Program-made: the position numbers and the translations under genes
DNA from: an uncultured Dehalococcoidaceae bacterium
GTDB taxonomy: Bacteria; Chloroflexota; Dehalococcoidia; Dehalococcoidales; RBG-16-60-22
Assembly: GCA_964462865.1 (NCBI GenBank)
Contig: CAYWZO010000002.1
Span: 820-64,819, forward strand
Length of the DNA: 64,000 bases
Direction of reading: 5' to 3'
In this document: positions 54,875 through 64,000 of the stretch, piece after piece
Position numbering within the stretch: position 1 is the stretch's first letter
Layout of the letters: the number at the start of each line of letters is the position of its first letter
Notes under the pieces: generated by a model
The model's database searches: none
Seen by the model: the letters and a program-made list of their open reading frames with translations, nothing else
What the model was told of the DNA's origin: nothing

Positions 54875-57013
54875 GTGCCTTACATTAAAATACCGGAACA
54901 CATCAGCCGGATTAAGGAAATCGCCGGAAACCTGTGGTGGAGCTGGCACCCCTCCGCCAGGACCATGTTCCGGACGCTGGACTACTCGCTCTGGAGCCAG
55001 AGCGGGCATAACCCCCTCCAGGAGCTCTATGAAATCAGCCATGAAAAGCTGGAGGCGGCGGCACAGGACCCGGCTTTCCTCTCTTTATACGATGCCACGG
55101 TGGCCGAGATTGAAAACGAAAAGAAAGAGGGCAGCTCGTGGGCGGCCATTGGCCCGGAGCTGTCCGTATCCGGGCCGGTCGCCTATTTTTCCATGGAGTT
55201 CGCCATCCACAACTCCCTGCCCATCTATGCCGGCGGCCTGGGCGTACTTGCCGGCGACCTCTGCAAAGAGGCCAGCGATATGGGCCTGCCGATGGTGGCG
55301 GTGGGGTTCATGTACCCGCAGGGGTATTTCAAACAGCGTATCTCGGCGGAAGGCTGGCAGGAAGAGGAGTACCAGCAGCTCGATTTCAGTAAAGCGCCGG
55401 TCACCCGCATACTGTCCAAAAGCGGCCAGAAATGCCTGGTGGAGGTCAAGCTCAATAACCGCACCCTGCACATCGGGGCCTGGCTGGTGCAGGTGGGGCG
55501 GGTCAACCTCTACCTCCTTGATACCGGCCTGGAAGAAAATGACCCCCAGGACCGCCAGCTATCGAGCCGTCTCTATACTGCTGACCGCGAGCAAAGGCTC
55601 AAGCAGGAAATTGTCCTGGGCATCGGCGGGGTGCGTGTCCTGCGCGAACTGGGCATCAAGCCGGCCATCTGGCACGCCAACGAAGGCCACACGGCCTTTA
55701 TGATGGTGGAGCGCATCAGGGAAAAGGTGGCCACCGGGACCTCTTTTGAAAAGGCCCTGGAAAACACTCAAAACACTTCCATCTTCACCACGCATACGCC
55801 CGTCCCCGCCGGCCACGACATCTTCAACAACGAGCTCATCGAGCAATATTTCAATGAATACTGGCCCTCACTCGGCATCGACGGTGAAGCGTTTGTGAAC
55901 CTGGGACATATCAACGGTAACAACGACACCAGTTTCAATATGACCATCCTTTCGATGAAGACCGCCGGCCACCGCAACGCCGTCAGCGAACTCCACGGCA
56001 CCGTCACCCGCCGCATGTGGTGCGACCTCTGGCTTGAGTGCACCGAGGAAGAAGTGCCCATCACCTATATCACCAACGGCATCCACGCCCCGACCTGGGT
56101 TGCCCAGGAGATACGCACGCTCTATGAAAAGTACCTCGGTAAAGACTGGCTGGATAAACAGGACAGTCCCGAGATATGGCAACATATCAACGATATCCCG
56201 GACCAGGAACTCTGGCAGACGCACCAGGAACTCAAAGGGAAGCTGTTCCACGTCATTCTGGAGAGGGCCCAGACGCGCTGGGCCAAGGGCGAAGCTTCGC
56301 CGCAGCAAATACTGGCGATGGGCTCGCTGCTGGACCACAGCACCCTGACCATCGGGTTCGTCCGGCGTTTCGCCGAGTACAAACGGCCATCAATCCTGTT
56401 CCAGGACATCGAACGACTCAAGCGCATCGTCAACGACCGGTGGTGTCCCGTGCAGATAGTCTTCGCCGGCAAGTCCCATCCCGCCGATACGGCCTCCAAG
56501 CTGCTCCTCCAGCGCGTGCACACCATAGCCCGCGACCGCGCCTTCCAGGGGAGGATAGCCTTCCTGGAAGACTACGACATGCACCTCTCGCGGTACCTGG
56601 TCCAGGGCGTGGATGTCTGGCTGAACGTGCCGCGCCGTCTGCAGGAAGCCTCCGGCACCAGCGGCATGAAAGCCGCCCTCAACGGCGTGCTTCACCTTAG
56701 CGTCCCGGACGGCTGGTGGCACGAAGGCTATAACGACGGCAACGGCTGGGCTATCGGCGATGACACGATTAAAATCAGCACCGAAGAAGAGGACAAGTCC
56801 GATGCCGCGGCGCTCTACGGCCTCCTCGAAGAGAAGGTGATACCCCTCTACTACAATCGCGACCGGCGTAACATACCCCTGGCATGGGTGGCGATGATGA
56901 AAAAGTCCATCAGCTCCATCGTACCCGTGTTCTCCGCGCGCCGGATGCTCAAAGAATACGGCGATAAAATGTACCTTCCGGCTTTCAGGAGCCTCTCCGA
57001 ACTTAGGAAATAG
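54875..57013 (+). CDS. glgP: Alpha-glucan phosphorylase (GT35, short GlgP/MalP type)
   Basis: AYFSMEFAIHNSLPIYAGGLGVLAGD, ANEGHTAF, and EASGTSGMKAALNG (PLP Lys region). GTG start after AGGAG. Confidence 0.85.
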   Translation: MPYIKIPEHISRIKEIAGNLWWSWHPSARTMFRTLDYSLWSQSGHNPLQELYEISHEKLEAAAQDPAFLSLYDATVAEIENEKKEGSSWAAIGPELSVSGPVAYFSMEFAIHNSLPIYAGGLGVLAGDLCKEASDMGLPMVAVGFMYPQGYFKQRISAEGWQEEEYQQLDFSKAPVTRILSKSGQKCLVEVKLNNRTLHIGAWLVQVGRVNLYLLDTGLEENDPQDRQLSSRLYTADREQRLKQEIVLGIGGVRVLRELGIKPAIWHANEGHTAFMMVERIREKVATGTSFEKALENTQNTSIFTTHTPVPAGHDIFNNELIEQYFNEYWPSLGIDGEAFVNLGHINGNNDTSFNMTILSMKTAGHRNAVSELHGTVTRRMWCDLWLECTEEEVPITYITNGIHAPTWVAQEIRTLYEKYLGKDWLDKQDSPEIWQHINDIPDQELWQTHQELKGKLFHVILERAQTRWAKGEASPQQILAMGSLLDHSTLTIGFVRRFAEYKRPSILFQDIERLKRIVNDRWCPVQIVFAGKSHPADTASKLLLQRVHTIARDRAFQGRIAFLEDYDMHLSRYLVQGVDVWLNVPRRLQEASGTSGMKAALNGVLHLSVPDGWWHEGYNDGNGWAIGDDTIKISTEEEDKSDAAALYGLLEEKVIPLYYNRDRRNIPLAWVAMMKKSISSIVPVFSARRMLKEYGDKMYLPAFRSLSELRK

Positions 57014-57016
57014 CTG

Positions 57017-59011
57017 ATGGAATCACGCCAAGGTTACCAGCGGGTCGTTATTGAAAGAGTCAGCCCGGAGGTAGATGACGGCCGTTTCCCGGCCAAGGCC
57101 GTTACCGGCGATACGGTCTATGTCGAGGCCGATATCTACGCTGACGGTCATGACACCCTGCTGGCCCGCCTCCTCTATCGCCGCACCAGGGATAAAAAAT
57201 GGCATGAGGCGCCCATGCGCCATCTCGTCAATGACCGCTGGCAGGGCTCGTTCCCCGCGGCGGCCACGGGCCTCTACCTGTTCACCATCACCGCCTGGGT
57301 GGACTGTTTCCAGACCTGGCGCCAGGACCTTGAAAAAAGAGTCAAAGCCGGTCAATCTGACCTAGCGCTGCACCTCATCACCGGGGCCGGACTGGTGTCC
57401 GAGGCCAGGGAGCGCGCTTCCAGGTCGGACGTGAAGAAGATAGACGGCTGGGTCAACACTTTAAATTCCGGCGCCGCCAGCCAGAGTAAAAAAGTCGCCC
57501 TCGCCTTGAGCGAAGAGATTAACGCCCTGATGGAGCAATATGCGGACCGGCGCACGGCGGCCACCTATCACCGGGAACTGGCCGTCCTGGTCGAGCGGGA
57601 AAAGGCGGCCTTCAGCACCTGGTACGAGATGTTCCCTCGTTCGGTGACAGCCCAATCAGGGAGCCATGGCACCTTCCAAGACTGCGAGTCCCGCCTGCCC
57701 TATATCGCCGGCATAGGGTTCGATGTGCTTTATCTACCACCCATCCACCCCATCGGCCACACCGACCGCAAAGGCAAGAACAATACCGTTACCCCCGCCC
57801 CTGGCGACCCCGGCACGCCCTGGGCCATCGGCTCGGAGGAAGGGGGGCATCAGGCCATCCACCGCCAGCTGGGCACCCTCGAAGATTTCAAGCACCTTAT
57901 CGCTAAGGCCGGGGAATACGGCATCGAGATAGCGCTGGATATTGCCTTCCAGTGCTCGCCGGACCATCCCTGGGTGAAAGAGCACCCGGAGTGGTTCCTC
58001 TGGCGGCCGGACGGTACTGTGCAGTACGCGGAAAATCCGCCCAAGAAATACCAGGACATCTATCCCCTGAACTTCGAGAACGAGAACTGGAGAGCGCTCT
58101 GGGAGGAGCTCAAGGGCGTGGTCGCTTACTGGGCGCAGCAGGGCGTCCGCATTTTCCGCGTGGACAACCCGCATACCAAGCCCTTCCATTTCTGGGAATG
58201 GCTCATCAGCGAAGTCAAAAAGGACTACCCGGATGCCATCTTCCTGGCCGAGGCGTTCACCCGCCCCAAGGTCATGTACCGGCTGGCCAGGCTGGGGTTT
58301 ACCCAGTCTTACACCTATTTCTCCTGGCGCAACCACAAGCAGGACATCACCGAGTACCTGACCGAGTTGACCAAGACCGAGGTCAAAGACTTTTTCCGGC
58401 CCAATTTCTGGCCCAATACCCCTGATATCCTGCACGAGTACCTGCAAAAAGGCGGGAGGCCGGCTTTCATGGCGCGCCTGGTGCTGGCGGCCACGCTGTG
58501 TTCCAACTACGGTATTTACGGGCCGGCCTTCGAGCTTATGGAAAACACGCCGCGGGAGCCCGGCAGCGAGGAATACCTGAACTCGGAGAAGTATGAAATC
58601 AAGCACTGGGATATCGCCAGGCCGGACAGCCTCAAGGACTTCATCGGGCGTGTCAACCGCATCCGCCGCGATAACCCATCCCTCCACCGCAACCGTAACC
58701 TGTGGTTCAACAGTACCAATAACGACCAGATAATCTGCTTCAGCAAGCACACCGATGACCTTTCTAATATCATCTTTACCGTCATCAACCTGGACCCGCA
58801 GCACACGCAATCCGCCACGGTAAATGTGCCGCTGCAATCCTGGGGCCTCGACCCCACCCAGTCATATGAAGTCCAGGACCTTTTAAACGATAACCGCTAT
58901 CCCTGGCGCGGTGAATGGAACTCCGTCGTGCTGAACCCCTCCGTTTGCCCCGCTCACATCTTCCGTATCGTTGCCAGCGCTGACCTGCTCCGCGTTAAAA
59001 AACAAGGCTAG
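57017..59011 (+). CDS. glgE: Alpha-1,4-glucan:maltose-1-phosphate maltosyltransferase GlgE
   Basis: The N-terminus reads VIERVSPEVDDGRFPAKAV, typical of GlgE. GH13 blocks follow (FRVDNPHTKP, IFLAEAFT). Confidence 0.85.
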   Translation: MESRQGYQRVVIERVSPEVDDGRFPAKAVTGDTVYVEADIYADGHDTLLARLLYRRTRDKKWHEAPMRHLVNDRWQGSFPAAATGLYLFTITAWVDCFQTWRQDLEKRVKAGQSDLALHLITGAGLVSEARERASRSDVKKIDGWVNTLNSGAASQSKKVALALSEEINALMEQYADRRTAATYHRELAVLVEREKAAFSTWYEMFPRSVTAQSGSHGTFQDCESRLPYIAGIGFDVLYLPPIHPIGHTDRKGKNNTVTPAPGDPGTPWAIGSEEGGHQAIHRQLGTLEDFKHLIAKAGEYGIEIALDIAFQCSPDHPWVKEHPEWFLWRPDGTVQYAENPPKKYQDIYPLNFENENWRALWEELKGVVAYWAQQGVRIFRVDNPHTKPFHFWEWLISEVKKDYPDAIFLAEAFTRPKVMYRLARLGFTQSYTYFSWRNHKQDITEYLTELTKTEVKDFFRPNFWPNTPDILHEYLQKGGRPAFMARLVLAATLCSNYGIYGPAFELMENTPREPGSEEYLNSEKYEIKHWDIARPDSLKDFIGRVNRIRRDNPSLHRNRNLWFNSTNNDQIICFSKHTDDLSNIIFTVINLDPQHTQSATVNVPLQSWGLDPTQSYEVQDLLNDNRYPWRGEWNSVVLNPSVCPAHIFRIVASADLLRVKKQG

Positions 59012-59178
59012 GATAGTCCCGTTTTATCCCTCTAGGTTGATATCTATTGAATGTATTTTCGCCAGAAATGAATTAAAATAAGAGAAGTCCCTTCAGAGAA
59101 GATTTTCTACTATGAAAGCCTCGCCAAATGGTTGACAATGGCGGGGAAACAGGTAATAATCCTCTAGGGAAAGCATCA

Positions 59179-59544
59179 ATGATGGAAAAAGAAGTAATCC
59201 TTACCGCGGTTACTGACCCTGCCGAGCTTGAGGTTCTCAAAAAGCAGCTTGGTAAAGAGGGTTACGAGGTTGTGACCGCCGCTGATGTCCCGCAGCTGAT
59301 AGACGCTATCCAGAAAAAAGGCAGGATATCTCTGGCGGTGGTTGACGTGACCGCCTTCGATGACAACGTCTGGCAGCAACTGGAAGCACTGGACAAGTCA
59401 AAGATACCGTTTTTTGTAATATCACCGGAGCGTGGGCCTTCGGTGCAGAAAGAAATCCTGAAGCATGGCGCCAGCGGCCTTTTCAGCAAAGGACTCCGCA
59501 TCAAAGACCTGCTGGAATACGTCCATACGCTGCTCGGTAAATAA
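59179..59544 (+). CDS. Stand-alone atypical receiver (REC-like) protein
   Basis: VILTAVTD (acidic pair degenerate), LAVVDVTAFDD, and LFSKGL (conserved Lys). An alternative upstream ATG lies at 59128. Confidence 0.6.
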   Translation: MMEKEVILTAVTDPAELEVLKKQLGKEGYEVVTAADVPQLIDAIQKKGRISLAVVDVTAFDDNVWQQLEALDKSKIPFFVISPERGPSVQKEILKHGASGLFSKGLRIKDLLEYVHTLLGK

Positions 59545-59551
59545 TACAACT

Positions 59552-62500
59552 ATGGCCAAACTGGATAGTTTTTATGTTAATGATGAACCGCTCTGGTACA
59601 AAGATGCTGTCGTCTATGAAGTCCATATCCGTGCCTTTTTCGATAGTGACGGCGACGGCATCGGTGACATTCCCGGGCTGATTAATAAACTCGACTATCT
59701 GGAAGACCTCGGCGTCAACACCATCTGGCTGCTCCCTTTTTACCCCTCACCCCTCAAAGATGACGGCTACGATATCTCGGACTACAACGACGTGCACCCG
59801 ATGTACGGTAATATGACCGACTTCAAGGCCTTCGTGGACGCCGCCCACCACCGGGGTTTGCGCGTCATCACCGAGCTCGTCGTCAACCACACCTCTGACC
59901 GACATCCCTGGTTCCAGCGGGCGCGCAAATCACCCAGAGGCAGCTGCTACCGCGATTTCTATGTCTGGAGTGACACCGCGGAGAAGTACCGCGATGCGCG
60001 CGTCATCTTCACCGACTCCGAGACATCCAACTGGACCTGGGACCCGGTGGCCAAGCAGTACTACTGGCACCGCTTTTATTCCCATCAGCCGGACCTCAAT
60101 TATGACAACCCGGCGGTTAAAAAGGCCATCCTCCGGGTGATGGACTTCTGGCTGAAGCTCGGCGTGGACGGGCTCCGGGTGGACGCTGTGCCCTATCTCT
60201 ACGAACGCGAAGGCACCAGCTGTGAAAACCTGCCGGAGACCCACGCCTTTATCCGGGAGATGCGCGCCCATATCGATAAAAAGTTTAAAAACCGTATGCT
60301 CCTGGCCGAGGCCAACCAGTGGCCGGAGGACGCCGTCGCCTACTTTGGCGAGGGCGATGAGTTCCATATGGCCTTTCATTTCCCCATCATGCCCCGCCTC
60401 TTCATGGCCCTGCGCATGGAAGACCGCTTCCCGATAATCGATATCCTTCAGCAGACCCCGCCGGTCCCCGATGGCTGCCAGTGGGCTATCTTTCTGCGCA
60501 ACCATGACGAACTGACGCTGGAGATGGTCACCGATGAGGAGCGGGACTACATGTACCGCGTCTACGCCGCCGACCCCACCGCCCGCCTCAACCTGGGGAT
60601 CCGCCGCCGCCTGGCGCCCCTGCTCGGCAACGACCGCAAAAAGATAGAACTAATGAACAGCCTGCTCTTCTCTCTACCCGGCACCCCGGTTATCTATTAC
60701 GGCGACGAAATCGGCATGGGCGATAATTTCTACCTCGGCGACCGCGACGGCGTACGCACCCCGATGCAATGGGGGCCGGAAAGAAACGCCGGCTTTTCCA
60801 CGACCAACCCGCAGCGCCTCTACCTGCCGCCGATTATCGACCCAGAATACCATTACGAAGCCGTGAACGTGGAAAACCAGTTGAACAACCCGGACTCCCT
60901 GCTCTGGTGGATGAAACGCATGATCGCCCTCCAAAAGCAGTACAAAGCCTTCGGGCGGGGCAACATCGAGTTCCTCAATCCGGAGAATCGCAAAGTCCTG
61001 GCTTACCTGCGCTGTCATGGCGACGAAACGATACTGGCGGTAGCCAATCTTTCCCACCTGTCCCAGCAGACGCAGCTCGACCTTTCCCGATTTAAAGGTG
61101 ACCGGCCGGTCGACCTTTTCGGGCGGGTCGAGTTTAACACCATCACCGAGGAACCTTACTATTTTACCTTAAGTCCCTATGCTTTCTACTGGTTTTCGCT
61201 TCAGGGCCAGTCGACCGAACTTTCACAGCCGCGTCCCCCGCTCGCTGAAGAGGCCGCCTCGGTGCCGACCGTCACGGAACCGGTGGAGAGCCTCTTCGGG
61301 GAAAAGGAAAACTGGTTTATCCTGGAGGCCGTGCTGCTGGACTACGTCAAAGGGCGGCGCTGGTTCCGCGGCAAGTCCCGCGACGCCTGGGTATCCGAAA
61401 TTCAGGATATTATTCCCCTGCATTTCAACGGGGCGACGGCCTATGTCACCCTGCTGCAGGTCGAGTATCCTGAAGGGGAACCGGAGATATACGTCATACC
61501 GCTGATGACGGCCCCGGTCGAGCACGAGGCCGTACTGGCCAGTAAATACGAACACGCGGTCATCGCCCGTTTGAAGCCGCGCGGTAAGAAAAGCGAAAGC
61601 ATCCTCTATGATGCCATGATGGAAAGCAAGTTCGAGTCTTTCCTGCTTTCCGCGATAACACGCCGCCATAGTTTTAAAGGCAGTTATGGTGAGATAACTT
61701 CCCTGCCCACGAAATTCCTGCGCCGGTCTATTACCGGCGGTATAAAAGACCTGGAACCGGTCCTTCTCAAGGCCGAGCAGACCAACACTTCCGTGGTATA
61801 TGGTAACAAGCTCATCCTCAAGCTCTACCGCGAGCTTGAAGAGGGCATCAACCCGGATGTGGAAATAGGCAGCTTCCTTACGGATAACACCCCCTATACG
61901 AATATTGCCCGGGTAGTCAGTTCGCTGGAATACCGCCGCGGCCGTGGCAAATTCATGAGTCTTTCCATCCTTCAGAATTTCATACCCAACGAAGGCGATG
62001 CCTGGCAGTACACGCTCGATTCGCTGGAGCGCTACTTCGCCGGCGTGCTATCTCATCCCACCGTGCAGGCCCCGCCCATCCCCCGGAAACACCTGATGTC
62101 GCTGCTCAAGGAGCCTCCTTCCCTGGCTAAAGAGACCATCGGCACTTACCTCGCTTCAGCGCAGCTCCTCGGCCAGCGCACCGCCGAGCTCCATATCGCC
62201 CTGGCTTCCGGCCTGGAAAGACAGGATTTTGCCCCGGAACCCTACACCCTTACCTACCAGACATCCTTCTACCAGTCGCTGCGAAGCTTCGCCATCAGGA
62301 CTATGGAACTGCTCCGGAGTCGTCTGAAATACCTCCCGGAAGATACCAGGGCTGATGCCCGGGCCGTCCTCGATGCCGAAAAGGCCATCATTACGCGGTA
62401 TGACCTGATCCGCCGCGGCAAAATAGCTTCCTCACGCATCCGCTGCCACGGCGATTACCATCTGGGACAAGTGCTCTATACCGGTAAGGACTTTGTCATC

Positions 62501-62905
62501 ATCGATTTTGAAGGCGAACCGGCCCGTTCGTTGAGCGAGCGCCGGCTCAAGCGGTCGCCCCTCCGGGACGTGGCCGGTATGATTCGCTCTTTTCACTACG
62601 TAGCCCAGACGGCTTTCAATAAATATATCCCCCTGCTGCCCAAACCGGAGACCGCCCTGCCTCTGCTCGGCCATTGGGCCCGGTACTGGTATATCTGGGT
62701 CTCGGCCAGCTTCCTGGACACCTACTTCGATATTATGAAACACACCGGCCTGCTGCCGGATGACCCCGGCCAGTTGAAAATCCTGTTTGACGCTTTCCTG
62801 TACGATAAAGCCCTGTACGAGGTCGGCTATGAACTGAACAACCGCCCCGACTGGGTGAAGGTACCTCTCCAGAGCATCTTGCAAATGCTGGCGATAGAAG
62901 GGTAA
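59552..62905 (+). CDS. treS: Trehalose synthase fused to maltokinase (TreS-Pep2/Mak)
   Basis: [46 protein letters not shown] and [11 protein letters not shown] (GH13 TreS). The C-terminal kinase reads [30 protein letters not shown] at 59552 removes the 29-codon overlap extension in the ORF track. Confidence 0.85.
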   Translation: MAKLDSFYVNDEPLWYKDAVVYEVHIRAFFDSDGDGIGDIPGLINKLDYLEDLGVNTIWLLPFYPSPLKDDGYDISDYNDVHPMYGNMTDFKAFVDAAHHRGLRVITELVVNHTSDRHPWFQRARKSPRGSCYRDFYVWSDTAEKYRDARVIFTDSETSNWTWDPVAKQYYWHRFYSHQPDLNYDNPAVKKAILRVMDFWLKLGVDGLRVDAVPYLYEREGTSCENLPETHAFIREMRAHIDKKFKNRMLLAEANQWPEDAVAYFGEGDEFHMAFHFPIMPRLFMALRMEDRFPIIDILQQTPPVPDGCQWAIFLRNHDELTLEMVTDEERDYMYRVYAADPTARLNLGIRRRLAPLLGNDRKKIELMNSLLFSLPGTPVIYYGDEIGMGDNFYLGDRDGVRTPMQWGPERNAGFSTTNPQRLYLPPIIDPEYHYEAVNVENQLNNPDSLLWWMKRMIALQKQYKAFGRGNIEFLNPENRKVLAYLRCHGDETILAVANLSHLSQQTQLDLSRFKGDRPVDLFGRVEFNTITEEPYYFTLSPYAFYWFSLQGQSTELSQPRPPLAEEAASVPTVTEPVESLFGEKENWFILEAVLLDYVKGRRWFRGKSRDAWVSEIQDIIPLHFNGATAYVTLLQVEYPEGEPEIYVIPLMTAPVEHEAVLASKYEHAVIARLKPRGKKSESILYDAMMESKFESFLLSAITRRHSFKGSYGEITSLPTKFLRRSITGGIKDLEPVLLKAEQTNTSVVYGNKLILKLYRELEEGINPDVEIGSFLTDNTPYTNIARVVSSLEYRRGRGKFMSLSILQNFIPNEGDAWQYTLDSLERYFAGVLSHPTVQAPPIPRKHLMSLLKEPPSLAKETIGTYLASAQLLGQRTAELHIALASGLERQDFAPEPYTLTYQTSFYQSLRSFAIRTMELLRSRLKYLPEDTRADARAVLDAEKAIITRYDLIRRGKIASSRIRCHGDYHLGQVLYTGKDFVIIDFEGEPARSLSERRLKRSPLRDVAGMIRSFHYVAQTAFNKYIPLLPKPETALPLLGHWARYWYIWVSASFLDTYFDIMKHTGLLPDDPGQLKILFDAFLYDKALYEVGYELNNRPDWVKVPLQSILQMLAIEG

Positions 62906-62918
62906 ACTGATATTAAAT

Positions 62919-64000
62919 ATGACCTCCAGAAAAAAAGGCCCCCCGCCGCTTCAGGAAACCCCGACCGTAAATTCCGTCCGTTACGACGTTTCCCTGTTGA
63001 CCGACGATGACCTCCATCTCCTTAACGAAGGCACTCATTACCGCCTCTACGATAAGCTTGGGGCTCACCTGCTGAAAGTGGACGGCGCCGCCGGCGTCTA
63101 TTTCGCCGTCTGGGCGCCCAACGCCCGGGAGGTCTATGTCATCGGCGATTTCAACGGCTGGGACCGCAAACGTCACCCGCTCCACTGCCGGGGGGTATCC
63201 GGCATTTGGGAAGGTTTCATTACCGGCCTGGGAGAGGGCACTGTCTATAAGTATTATATCGTCTCCCACCATCGCGGCTATGCCGTGGAAAAAGCCGACC
63301 CTCTGGCTTTTTACTGCGAGACTCCTCCGAAGACGGCCTCAATCGTGCGGGACCTGCGTTTCCGCTGGCGCGACCAGGCCTGGATGCAGGAGCGCCACCG
63401 GCCTAACGCCCTGGACACGCCCATCGCCATCTACGAAGTGCACCCGGGTTCCTGGCAGCGTGTCCTGGAGGAAGGCAACCGCTACCTGACCTACCGAGAA
63501 TTGGCCCCCCTGCTGACTGATTATGTCAGCGAACTGGGCTTTACCCACGTGGAGTTCCTGCCGGTCATGGAGCACCCCTTCTATGGCTCCTGGGGCTACC
63601 AGACCACGGGCTATTTCGCCCCGACCAGCCGCTACGGCACCCCCCAGGACTTCATGTACCTGGTGGATTACCTGCACCGCCATGGTATCGGCGTTATCCT
63701 GGACTGGGTGCCCTCACATTTCCCCAATGACCAGCACGCCCTGGCCTTTTTCGACGGGACGCACCTTTATGAGCACAGCGACCCCCGCCAGGGGATTCAC
63801 CCCGACTGGAACAGCTACATTTTCAACTACGGGCGTAATGAAGTGCGGGACTTTCTTTACAGTAGCGCCCTTTTCTGGCTGGACAAGTACCACGCCGACG
63901 CCCTGCGGGTGGATGCCGTGGCCTCGATGCTCTACCTGGACTACGGCCGGAAATCCGGTGAATGGATACCCAATAAGTACGGCGGGCGGGATAACCTGGA
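62919..64000 (+). CDS. glgB: 1,4-alpha-glucan branching enzyme GlgB, 3' end outside the window
   Basis: My own translation from ATG 62919 reads MTSRKKGPP...[23 protein letters not shown]...IYEVHPGSW...[22 protein letters not shown]...[12 protein letters not shown]...[15 protein letters not shown]. It is absent from the ORF track because it has no stop codon before the window end. Confidence 0.9.
   Translation, partial: MTSRKKGPPPLQETPTVNSVRYDVSLLTDDDLHLLNEGTHYRLYDKLGAHLLKVDGAAGVYFAVWAPNAREVYVIGDFNGWDRKRHPLHCRGVSGIWEGFITGLGEGTVYKYYIVSHHRGYAVEKADPLAFYCETPPKTASIVRDLRFRWRDQAWMQERHRPNALDTPIAIYEVHPGSWQRVLEEGNRYLTYRELAPLLTDYVSELGFTHVEFLPVMEHPFYGSWGYQTTGYFAPTSRYGTPQDFMYLVDYLHRHGIGVILDWVPSHFPNDQHALAFFDGTHLYEHSDPRQGIHPDWNSYIFNYGRNEVRDFLYSSALFWLDKYHADALRVDAVASMLYLDYGRKSGEWIPNKYGGRDNL

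Noticed and set aside
57734-58837. 367-aa minus-strand ORF inside glgE
   Set aside because: This is a shadow ORF opposite a strongly supported GlgE gene. Its composition is typical of antisense GC3-rich frames.
59465-59551. 29-codon N-terminal extension of TreS overlapping the REC gene
   Set aside because: The extension overlaps the REC-like gene's 3' end in another frame. TreS homology begins right after the ATG at 59552 ([24 protein letters not shown]).
62913-63272. 119-aa minus-strand ORF at the right end of the window
   Set aside because: The plus strand from ATG 62919 translates into an unmistakable GlgB N-terminus and GH13 core. The minus ORF is its shadow.
1-64000. tRNA, rRNA or riboswitch genes in intergenic regions
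   Set aside because: I inspected the intergenic stretches at 1311-1542, 10269-10352, 10944-11057, 44049-44439, 47379-47738, 48882-49098, 50649-50878 and 59012-59127 by eye. I saw no cloverleaf-like or known riboswitch core sequences. This is a weak negative without covariance-model searches.

Overview
This is a GC-rich bacterial window with about 50 protein genes. I recognised no rRNA, tRNA or CRISPR array. Gene content and the short palindromic intergenic elements suggest an uncultivated anaerobe, possibly Chloroflexota, but that taxonomic guess is inference only.

Layout from left to right:
1. A NarL-type two-component pair (kinase truncated at the 5' window edge) and a REC-REC protein.
2. 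A plus-strand redox operon: a formate-dehydrogenase-alpha-like protein whose catalytic Sec/Cys-His appears replaced by Tyr-Ser, a NuoE-like protein, a NuoF-GltD fusion, then MetV and MetF.
3. gmhB, a DUF1616-like gene and a GT-C-like membrane gene, expressed from two look-alike, apparently leaderless promoters.
4. The main feature: 21 consecutive minus-strand genes (13427-44048) behind a perfect consensus promoter in an AT-rich control region.
   - Sugar activation and tailoring: domain-swapped HldE-like enzyme, two SDR epimerases, TPP E1 alpha/beta pair, DegT aminotransferase, two B12-radical-SAM enzymes.
   - Only one Leloir-type glycosyltransferase (GT2), plus a MOP flippase.
   - Four large polytopic GT-C-like membrane proteins carrying lectin-type modules.
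   - Three lipoproteins built from paired discoidin-like domains.
   - An embedded CotH / DUF4956 / VTC triad.
   - I consider this the candidate undescribed system: an extracytoplasmic glycan or envelope assembly machine with 10 copies of one discoidin-like domain.
5. AOR plus amidohydrolase, an M50/CBS protease, a Grx-like protein plus FTR-rubredoxin fusion, a Zn-ribbon/wHTH protein plus a small HTH, and fixABCX.
6. The GlgE alpha-glucan pathway: glgP, glgE, an atypical REC, treS-pep2 and glgB (3' truncated by the window edge).

All functional calls rest on reading conserved motifs by eye in the supplied translations. No database search was run.
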